Positions 1 through 6,921 of a stretch of DNA of 8,481 nucleotides are shown here, in pieces. The notes beneath the pieces were generated by a model. The model was given only the letters and a program-made list of their open reading frames with translations. It had not been told where the DNA came from and made no database searches. Both the position numbers and the translations under genes were made by a program. Location of the stretch: the NCBI GenBank assembly GCA_030614005.1, contig JAUWKS010000099.1:1-8481 (forward strand), written 5' to 3'. This stretch comes from Candidatus Heimdallarchaeota archaeon (GTDB lineage Archaea; Asgardarchaeota; Heimdallarchaeia; JABLTI01). How positions within the stretch are numbered: the stretch's first letter is position 1; every line of letters starts with the position of its first letter.

Positions 1-282
1 TATGGAATAGCTTCTCTTGGATGTAATGCCCCTATATTTTTAGGATTTAGCTTACAAGTTGCATCTCTAGAAACTGTTCTGGAAATGATCTTTGCTTATC
101 TAGCATTTGCACTTCCAATAATTCTGTTAATGGTAGGAGTAACTCTACTAATTATATCTTCAAAAGATGTTATTGTGCAGAAAATGAAGTCAGCTACAAA
201 AATCATCAAAATAGCAAGTGGAGTAATAATGATAATCGTAGGTATATACCTAATTATTGAATTTATTTTGGGAATTGTATAA
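1..282 (+). CDS. ccdA: CcdA/DsbD-family (cytochrome c biogenesis-type) thiol-disulfide membrane transporter, 5'-truncated by window edge
   Basis: Frame 1 is open from base 1 (YGIASLGCNAPIFLGFSLQVASLETVLEMIFAYLAF...), so the ATG at 85 is internal. It has a CxxP motif (GCNAP) like the second catalytic Cys of CcdA, several hydrophobic helices, and a CcdA-like final helix (ASGVIMIIVGIYLI). Stop TAA 280-282. Confidence 0.7.
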   Translation, partial: YGIASLGCNAPIFLGFSLQVASLETVLEMIFAYLAFALPIILLMVGVTLLIISSKDVIVQKMKSATKIIKIASGVIMIIVGIYLIIEFILGIV

Positions 283-283
283 A

Positions 284-817
284 ATGAAAAAAACAACAAT
301 AATAACTCTAACATTTCTTTTTGGAATACTTATTTTTTCAAGTTTTCAACCGACTTACGCTTCAGCGGATTATGGAATAACAAGTATAGAGCATTCTCCT
401 AATCCTCTATTAGTTGAACAAAATATGACCGTTACAGTAGAATTTTACGATTCAAGTGAAGTAGATGCTCTCCGACTTTTAGTATGTGAACTTTCTCCTG
501 TATTCAAATGTGATCCCGCACCAATCATGATGGTAAAAGTAGGTAACACTTTCAGTGCTGAATATGTTTTCACCCAAGAAGTAAATGCAACAATTGGTTA
601 TCACATACAAATAATTTTCTTAAATGAAACTTTTATAATTATACCAGATAGTCAAGATTTTCTAAGTATGGAGAATATAGTTGAACCTCTTACTGGTGAT
701 TTCTACTTTAGTGCTGGGGAAATAGAAGAAGTAAATACTTCTAACGGCTTTGCTATTGGGATGATAAGTTCAACAATCCTAATTGCTGCGATTTTAATTA
801 ATAGAAAAAGAGAATAG
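284..817 (+). CDS. Secreted, C-terminally anchored hypothetical surface protein (P1), 177 aa
   Basis: ATG 284 (1 nt after ccdA stop) is preferred over 257 because it starts a signal peptide (MKKTTIITLTFLFGILIFSSFQPTYA). Four N-x-S/T sequons (NMT, NAT, NET, NTS), a C-x7-C pair, and a C-terminal SNGF + hydrophobic helix + RKRE. Confidence 0.85.
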   Translation: MKKTTIITLTFLFGILIFSSFQPTYASADYGITSIEHSPNPLLVEQNMTVTVEFYDSSEVDALRLLVCELSPVFKCDPAPIMMVKVGNTFSAEYVFTQEVNATIGYHIQIIFLNETFIIIPDSQDFLSMENIVEPLTGDFYFSAGEIEEVNTSNGFAIGMISSTILIAAILINRKRE

Positions 818-889
818 ATGAATAAGTGTCAATAGATATTCATTTTGTCGTACAGTGAAGTAAGATAACAAACCTTAATTTTCATATGG

Positions 890-1567
890 CTACTCTTTTC
901 TTTTCTTCAGAATTTTCTTCATTTTAAGAACACTTATTGATTTTCCATGAGAAATGAATGCTTCTGTTGCTCCTTCATCAATTATTCTTTGCCAACTTGT
1001 ATAAACAAGATCTATATCTTGAGCTACTGAAGGTGGTCCTGGGAATAATCTGAGTGGGAAACCTTGTGCGCAACAACCAATGAATGCCGTGCCTTTTTCT
1101 GTTATCAAGGATATCGTGCCTGCGGTGTGTCCAGGTGTGTGAATAACCTTTGCTTTAACACCAAAGTCTTCCAGTGAATAATTATCTTTGATGACAATAT
1201 CTGGTTCAATTGGATCATAGTTTTTGAATGATTCTGGCATTGTCCATTCTAAGATTTTTGTCAATAAAGTACGTGGTGCAACTTTAGATGAGACTCCTTT
1301 TCGTATATAATCAGCATCCTCTTCGTGAACAAGAATTTTAGCGTTAGTGATTTTTTTCAATTTTTTTAATCCACCAGCATGATCAGCGTGGGCATGGTTG
1401 ACAATGATAAGTTTAATTTCATCTGGTTTAATATTATTTTTTTTCAACAATTTAAGATATCTTTTGATATCCCATCTATACCCAGCATCCATCTGTATAT
1501 ATCCATCTTTTCCCTTAAGAAGTTGAAGTTTATTAAAACCCAGATTAAGAATAATTACATCTTCCAT
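890..1567 (-). CDS. Metallo-beta-lactamase-fold hydrolase (glyoxalase II-like)
   Basis: Motifs DAG, HAHADHAGG (HxHxDH), HTPGHTAG and C-terminal SHG. Confidence 0.92.
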   Translation of the reverse strand: MEDVIILNLGFNKLQLLKGKDGYIQMDAGYRWDIKRYLKLLKKNNIKPDEIKLIIVNHAHADHAGGLKKLKKITNAKILVHEEDADYIRKGVSSKVAPRTLLTKILEWTMPESFKNYDPIEPDIVIKDNYSLEDFGVKAKVIHTPGHTAGTISLITEKGTAFIGCCAQGFPLRLFPGPPSVAQDIDLVYTSWQRIIDEGATEAFISHGKSISVLKMKKILKKRKE

Positions 1568-1590
1568 AGATAAGATGATGAGTTATCAAA

Positions 1591-1600
1591 AATTTAAATA
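1591..1600 (-). promoter_or_regulatory. Putative archaeal TATA box for the MBL hydrolase gene
   Basis: Minus strand reads TATTTAAATT 24-33 nt upstream of the ATG at 1567, the spacing expected for a leaderless archaeal transcript. AT-rich background lowers specificity. Confidence 0.45.
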
Positions 1601-1869
1601 TTGTGGGAGTGAAAGAGAAATATTCAATTTTACTGACATCGAAAAAGTGTTAATAGTCTAGATCAACTCTTTTCGCTTCTATAAGTATGGATAGTTGCTA
1701 ATAATCGTTGTTCTTTCACGATTAAATATAGCTTTATAGAGTATACTAAGAGCGTCAAGAAGGAATAGCGCAAGAATGAAAATAAGATGCGTTACTTTAT
1801 TGACTGAAGTAATAAATACCAAAGCTTAAAGAAGATGTCTGGAACTAAATATTTGTAAATGATTAGTAG

Positions 1870-2265
1870 GTGCTAGAACTGAAAAAATCACAAGTTGAAG
1901 AAATTATTTTGAAGATTAAAAACAAAGCAGTAGGTGATGAGAAGGTTTTAGGTGTTATTGTCTATGGTTCGTTTCTTTCTGAGGATAATTTTCAAGATGT
2001 TGATGTAGCTTTAGCTTTTGAGTCATCCATGAATAAATCAGAAATGTTTTCCAAAAGAATAGAGTATTCCGGAGAATTTCATGATCTATTCGACTTTCAA
2101 GCACTGAATTTATTACCATTAGCAGTGCAAAAGAAAGTTCTAGCTGGAAAAGTTGTGTACGAAACTAGACAACTTTATGACATCGCTTATAACATAATTC
2201 GTGAGTATGAAGATTTTGAGAAATACAGGATTCAATACATAGAAGGTGTGATGCTTGAGGATTGA
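1870..2265 (+). CDS. mntA: Minimal nucleotidyltransferase (MNT) antitoxin of a HEPN-MNT toxin-antitoxin system
   Basis: GTG start, 131 aa, Pol-beta-type motif YGS-x8-DVD (1966-2004), a later acidic residue in LFDFQALN, directly upstream of and overlapping a HEPN gene. Confidence 0.9.
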   Translation: MLELKKSQVEEIILKIKNKAVGDEKVLGVIVYGSFLSEDNFQDVDVALAFESSMNKSEMFSKRIEYSGEFHDLFDFQALNLLPLAVQKKVLAGKVVYETRQLYDIAYNIIREYEDFEKYRIQYIEGVMLED

Positions 2266-2683
2266 TCTCTATATAGCAAAATTTGATCGAATAAAAGAAA
2301 ATATTCAACTAATTCAAGAGAATCTAACTGACAACCTTGAGGATTTTAAGAAACTTGGATTGGTCAAGGATGGTATATATAAGAGATATGAGTACAGTGT
2401 AGAGTTGATTATAGATGTAGTTGCAATGATTAATGCGGATTTGAAACTAGGAATACCAAATGGAACAATAGATGTATTAGAGCAATTACAGAAACAAGAA
2501 ATTTTGAATTCTAAAATGGTTGAAAAAATAAAAGGGATGAGAGGATTTAGAAATATTTTAGTTCATCGTTACGGAAGATTGGATGAAGAGTTAGCTTATG
2601 ATATTATTAAATCAAAATTATCCGATTTCGAAACATTAGAGAAAGAAATAATGGGTATCATTCGAAGAAAAATGAAAGAATGA
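2255..2683 (+). CDS. hepT: HEPN (DUF86/HepT-like) ribonuclease toxin
   Basis: TTG start overlapping the MNT gene by 11 nt, 142 aa, helical, N-terminal RYEYSVE and C-terminal R-x4-H motif RNILVHRY (2549-2572). Confidence 0.9.
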   Translation: MRIDLYIAKFDRIKENIQLIQENLTDNLEDFKKLGLVKDGIYKRYEYSVELIIDVVAMINADLKLGIPNGTIDVLEQLQKQEILNSKMVEKIKGMRGFRNILVHRYGRLDEELAYDIIKSKLSDFETLEKEIMGIIRRKMKE

Positions 2684-2799
2684 AAATACTTGAATAGAAC
2701 ATTAAGCAAAAAAGAAACGAATTCGATTATTCTAAATCAACTCAGAAATTCCATAAAATAGATAGAAAATTATCTGTTCAATAGATTTGTCTGAATGAA

Positions 2800-3783
2800 T
2801 TAATAGTCTATATCTATTCTTTTAGCATTCATAAGGATAAAAAGAGCATCTATAGTCACCCATTCATTCATCTTTTTCTTATTAACTGACTTCCAATCAG
2901 CTGGAGTAAAATAACTGGTTTCTGGATTGGAGGACTGACAATATTTTTCTTCCTTTGGAAATCCACCATCAACTAATCTTTTAGATTCTAGTAAATCAAG
3001 TGCATCATTACATCGGTAATCTTGAAGTTTGTTAGCTTCTGCTAAAACCTTAAGAGCAGAGAGAATGTCATAATGCCAATAAGCAGGATAATGAAGGGCC
3101 AACCATCTTTTGTTGATAACCTCACCATCACTAATTCGTTTGTAGAGATTCCTTTTATGAAATAGCTCTGCTGCTTTATCAATTGCGTTTAATAATTGTG
3201 GGGTTTTTTCTTCTCTTAAATAACGATTAAGAGCCCTCAAAGGTATGAGACTCTCGTGATAAGAAGACTTGTTTGCAGCAGGTTTTTTATCACAATTCCA
3301 ACCACCATCATTCCATTGATGTTGAATTAACCTATCAGCTAATAACTTGCATCTTTCATCGAAAAAACCCAGAGAAACAGCAGCATAAAGACCATTTCCT
3401 TCTTGAGAAGCACAGAAGCGTTGTCTACCTTTAATTAAGGGTTTAGATTTCCAGTGTTTAGGACTAAGTAACCAGTTCATCTCTCTGTTTATACTTGAAA
3501 TTAAATCTCTATCTCCTGGTGGATAGCCTATGTCTGCTAACTGTGCTAAAATCCAGTGAGCACCTTGCCATTTAGTATACACATGAAAAGTTTCACTAGT
3601 TTCATCCTTAGGTAAGTAAGAAAATAAGCTAGAAATTAGTGGTGATTCTTTCTTTAAATTGACTATTAGTTTTTTTACTTCTGAAGTATCATAATCGTGA
3701 TCTAAGAGATAAATATATGTTTTCAATCTAACTGCAGGCTCATCTGAATTCAGTAGTATTGATATGATTGATTTTTCGCTCAA
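2800..3783 (-). CDS. Prenyltransferase/squalene-cyclase repeat (alpha/alpha barrel) protein of unknown function
   Basis: TTG start, 327 aa, QW-like repeats QWNDGGWNC and KRLVDGGF, plus HYPAYWHYDIL and WVT segments recalled from this uncharacterised family. No DxDD cyclase motif. Confidence 0.7.
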   Translation of the reverse strand: MSEKSIISILLNSDEPAVRLKTYIYLLDHDYDTSEVKKLIVNLKKESPLISSLFSYLPKDETSETFHVYTKWQGAHWILAQLADIGYPPGDRDLISSINREMNWLLSPKHWKSKPLIKGRQRFCASQEGNGLYAAVSLGFFDERCKLLADRLIQHQWNDGGWNCDKKPAANKSSYHESLIPLRALNRYLREEKTPQLLNAIDKAAELFHKRNLYKRISDGEVINKRWLALHYPAYWHYDILSALKVLAEANKLQDYRCNDALDLLESKRLVDGGFPKEEKYCQSSNPETSYFTPADWKSVNKKKMNEWVTIDALFILMNAKRIDIDY

Positions 3784-3899
3784 TTAAATAACCAACTACA
3801 AATTAGTTAGATTCAAGTTGAAGAATTGTGATTAAAAAAGTTATGCAAAATAGAATTTAAATAATATCTATTAGTGATTTTGGAATAAAATTCGGCATG

Positions 3900-3907
3900 T
3901 TTTTAAA
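3900..3907 (+). promoter_or_regulatory. Putative archaeal TATA box for P2
   Basis: TTTTTAAA ending 26 nt upstream of ATG 3934. Confidence 0.45.
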
Positions 3908-3933
3908 CAGTTTCAGCTTGATTCTAGCTTGCA

Positions 3934-4578
3934 ATGAGTGTAGTAAAATTAAAACAAAACTTTCTAGTTTTCTTTGTTTTAGCACTTATTAGTATCTCAC
4001 CTCATGAGATTCTTGCGGATGATAATATCGGAAAAGATTATGGAATAGACTCAATTAAACTGGAACCTGAAAACTTAGTTTCTGGAGAAAATTATACTTT
4101 AGCAATCCAATTTTTTGATCAAGCAGACATAAGTTTCTTAACCTTATTTATGTTTCAAATTTATCCTTCTTTCAAGAATGAAACTTCACCAATCAATATG
4201 GAAAATATACCAGGTTATATTCGATGTCCCAACTGTCCAAGATTTGGAGGAAATTTCACTGCAAATTATAATCAAGGAGCTACATTAGGATTTCAATTTC
4301 AAATCACTTATGACAATTTAACTTCCATAATGCTACCAGATTCGTTAAATGTAGTTATTCGAAACCCTCAGTTTTGCTCTGAATTCACAATAGAGAATTA
4401 TAAAAATGAAGATATGTTGTTGTTTGTTTTAGAAAGAATAGACGAAAGATTTTACACTATAGTTTTTACATTTTCAGTGATACTGGTATTGGTAATTTCA
4501 GCATCAATATATCTAAGTATAAAATTAACAGGAAAAAAGAAAAGAAAAAGTGTAAGAAAGATTAATCTTTCTTCTTAG
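3934..4578 (+). CDS. Secreted, single C-terminal TM-anchored hypothetical surface protein (P2), paralog of P1
   Basis: N-terminal signal-like segment, four sequons (NYT, NET, NFT, NLT), CPNC motif, C-terminal TM helix followed by GKKKRK. Aligns by eye with P1. Confidence 0.85.
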   Translation: MSVVKLKQNFLVFFVLALISISPHEILADDNIGKDYGIDSIKLEPENLVSGENYTLAIQFFDQADISFLTLFMFQIYPSFKNETSPINMENIPGYIRCPNCPRFGGNFTANYNQGATLGFQFQITYDNLTSIMLPDSLNVVIRNPQFCSEFTIENYKNEDMLLFVLERIDERFYTIVFTFSVILVLVISASIYLSIKLTGKKKRKSVRKINLSS

Positions 4579-6808
4579 CAATCTTTTCCATTACTTTAGG
4601 ATGTTTAACAACTTTCATGATAGCCCAAAGAAGGATACCAACTAAAACTGCAGCTAGAATAACAAGGAGGATTATCCAGATAGCAACATCGCCAACTGCG
4701 CTTTCATCAAGAAGTCCACCAATTAAACCATCAGCACCTACAGCTAGCATGAGTCCCATAAAGACTGAAGAAGTCAAGGACATTACAACAAGCAAAGTGT
4801 TAATACTTGGACCAGAGGTGTCTTTGAAAGGATCACCAACGGTATCACCAGTAATTGCTGCCTTGTGAGTTTCAGTGCCTTTACCACCAAGATTACCTTC
4901 TTCAATCCACTTTTTGGCATTGTCCCAAGCTCCACCAGAATTAGACATCATGATTGCGAAAACGAATCCTGATAGAATTGCTCCTGCTAGAAAAGCACCT
5001 AGAGCTGCAACACCAAATATGAGTCCAACAATAACAGGTATTGTGAATGATATTATACTGGGCAGAATAAGTTCCACTAAAGCTCCTTTTGTAGCGATAG
5101 CAATTGTCTTATTGAAGTCAGCAGGTTCTGTTCCTTTCAAGATGCCTGGATTTTCCTTAAATTGTCTTCTTATCTCAAGAACCATCTTGGCTGCGTTTTT
5201 CTGAACTGAGAGAATTAACAGAGCAGAGAATAATGCAGGAATAACTACACCAATAAATGCTCCAATAAGAATTTTAATATCTAATAAGTTCATAGTTACT
5301 ATTCCAGCTTCTTCAGCAAATGAGAATAGTAGAGCTAAAACTGTTAAGTTTGCAGAACCTATCGCAAAACCCTTTGTGATGGCTTTTGCTGTGTTGCCTG
5401 CTGCATCTAACATATCAGCTTTTCTAATAACATCTTCTCCAAGACCGCCTTGTTCAGCAATTGCGCGTGAATTGTCGACGATTGGACCAAATGCATCATT
5501 TGAAACAATTGTTCCAACTATAGAAAGCATACCAACAGCTGCTAAAGCAACACCAAAAACACCATCAAGCATGAATGATACTGCCATGGCAACAATTATA
5601 CCAAGAGCTGGAGGAACAACACTGATTAAACCATATGAAAAACCAGAAAGTATTGTTACTGCATGACCTTCTTCTGCTGCTAGAGCTATATTTTTTGTTG
5701 GTGGTTTGTCTTCTCTTGTAAAGTAATCACTTGTCCATCCTATCACAATTCCACTAGCAAGACCGATTAATATTGCGAAGTAATCTCGCCATAGCTGAGT
5801 TTTAGCAGATGGGATTTGTGCTGTAAGTATCCAAATTAATATTGCAGCAAAAGCAGCTACCATTAATGTTGCTAGATAAGTTCCTAAGTTTAGAGCCTTT
5901 CCGGGATTTTCTCTACCTAACCATTTAACGAGGAAAATACCAATTAACGAAGCAACTAAACCTACTCCTGCTATCAATATGGGTAGAATAACAAAGTAAA
6001 TTTCAAAGCCTAAAGCACCAAAGGTTGTACCCAGAATCATAGCTGCAACAATTGAAGCTACGTAAGAGTCGAGAAGATCAGATCCCATTCCTGCAATGTC
6101 TCCTACGTTATCACCGACGTTGTCAGCTATTGTTGCTGGATTTCGTATATCGTCCTCTGGAAGATTGTATTCTGCTTTACCAACTAGATCTGCTCCAACA
6201 TCAGCTGTTTTTGTGAAAATCCCTCCACCACATTTCATGAACAATGCAATTGTAGAAGCACCAAAACTGAAACCTAAAACTACTTTTGTAGCAAATGCTA
6301 GACCTACTAATGGTTCGAATATCCAGTAAATTCCTCCAACACCTAATAAGGCTACACCAACAACAGCTAAGCCCATTACTGAACCACCAAAGAAGGCTAT
6401 ATCAAACCCTTCCTTGACGCTTTTTGTTACTCCTTGTGCTGCTCTTGTGTTAGTCTTAACTCCTACAATCAAACCTAACCATCCAGCAAACATACTAGCA
6501 GCAGATCCTATCAGATAAGCTAATGCTTGTTCCCAATTTAGATCTCCAGCAATTACTGGAATTATGCCATCGGTCATCTCTGATGGTAAGAATAGTAATA
6601 TTACGAAAAACAGAAAACCAACAAATGCCGCTAGAACCAGATATTGGACCCAGAGGAAATGTTTAGCTCCTGTTTCAATATATCCGGATATTTCAATCAT
6701 CTTTTCGTTTCCACGATCTTTTTTCATCACCATTACTGTGAAATAAATCGCAGCTGCGATAGATATAATACCGGCTATAATAGCTATTAAAATAATAAGT
6801 GGTACCAT
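4562..6808 (-). CDS. hppA: Membrane-bound ion-translocating pyrophosphatase, K+-independent signature, atypical ion gate
   Basis: Diagnostic motifs GGGIFTKTADVGADLVGKAE, EDDIRNPATIADNVGDNVGD, DAFGPIVDN, GNTAKAITKG, GGAWDNAKK and GDTVGDPFKDTSGPS. 748 aa with many TM helices. Confidence 0.97.
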   Translation of the reverse strand: MVPLIILIAIIAGIISIAAAIYFTVMVMKKDRGNEKMIEISGYIETGAKHFLWVQYLVLAAFVGFLFFVILLFLPSEMTDGIIPVIAGDLNWEQALAYLIGSAASMFAGWLGLIVGVKTNTRAAQGVTKSVKEGFDIAFFGGSVMGLAVVGVALLGVGGIYWIFEPLVGLAFATKVVLGFSFGASTIALFMKCGGGIFTKTADVGADLVGKAEYNLPEDDIRNPATIADNVGDNVGDIAGMGSDLLDSYVASIVAAMILGTTFGALGFEIYFVILPILIAGVGLVASLIGIFLVKWLGRENPGKALNLGTYLATLMVAAFAAILIWILTAQIPSAKTQLWRDYFAILIGLASGIVIGWTSDYFTREDKPPTKNIALAAEEGHAVTILSGFSYGLISVVPPALGIIVAMAVSFMLDGVFGVALAAVGMLSIVGTIVSNDAFGPIVDNSRAIAEQGGLGEDVIRKADMLDAAGNTAKAITKGFAIGSANLTVLALLFSFAEEAGIVTMNLLDIKILIGAFIGVVIPALFSALLILSVQKNAAKMVLEIRRQFKENPGILKGTEPADFNKTIAIATKGALVELILPSIISFTIPVIVGLIFGVAALGAFLAGAILSGFVFAIMMSNSGGAWDNAKKWIEEGNLGGKGTETHKAAITGDTVGDPFKDTSGPSINTLLVVMSLTSSVFMGLMLAVGADGLIGGLLDESAVGDVAIWIILLVILAAVLVGILLWAIMKVVKHPKVMEKIAKKKD

Positions 6809-6815
6809 TTTCTAA

Positions 6816-6867
6816 ATCACTTTTTTTGTTTTTAAGTAGTTTTCTTGTAAACCATTGATATTTAAAA
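6816..6867 (-). promoter_or_regulatory. Putative TATA box (TTTTAAATA, 6859-6867) and Shine-Dalgarno-like GTGAT (6816-6820) for hppA
   Basis: GTGAT lies 7 nt before ATG 6808 and resembles the archaeal GGTGAT RBS. The TATA-like element 51-59 nt upstream fits a short leadered mRNA containing that RBS. Confidence 0.45.
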
Positions 6868-6921
6868 TTTACTCCTTCTACTTAACGTTTTGAGGATGAA
6901 AAATCGTGTTGACTTTCTAGG

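Noticed and set aside
257-283. Upstream ATG for P1 given in the ORF track
   Set aside because: It overlaps ccdA by 26 nt and adds residues before a typical MKK signal-peptide start; ATG 284 fits better.
96-314. 72-aa minus-strand ORF
   Set aside because: Antisense shadow of the hydrophobic ccdA-like gene in the same stop-depleted frame relationship.
818-846. Hairpin ATGAATA-N12-TATTCAT followed by a few T after the P1 stop
   Set aside because: AT-rich 7-bp stem with a long loop is weak and likely by chance; archaeal termination generally does not need hairpins.
1379-1573. 64-aa plus-strand ORF
   Set aside because: Antisense to the well-supported MBL gene, low complexity, no motif.
1776-1829. 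17-codon ORF MKIRCVTLLTEVINTKA upstream of mntA
   Set aside because: Too short, no RBS or motif; expected by chance.
4617-6746. Five plus-strand ORFs (4617-4868, 4875-5204, 5376-5666, 6096-6329, 6564-6746) antisense to hppA
   Set aside because: All are in one frame whose first codon base pairs with the second base of hppA codons. Hydrophobic proteins rarely have A there, so antisense stops are depleted. They are shadow ORFs with no recognisable motifs.
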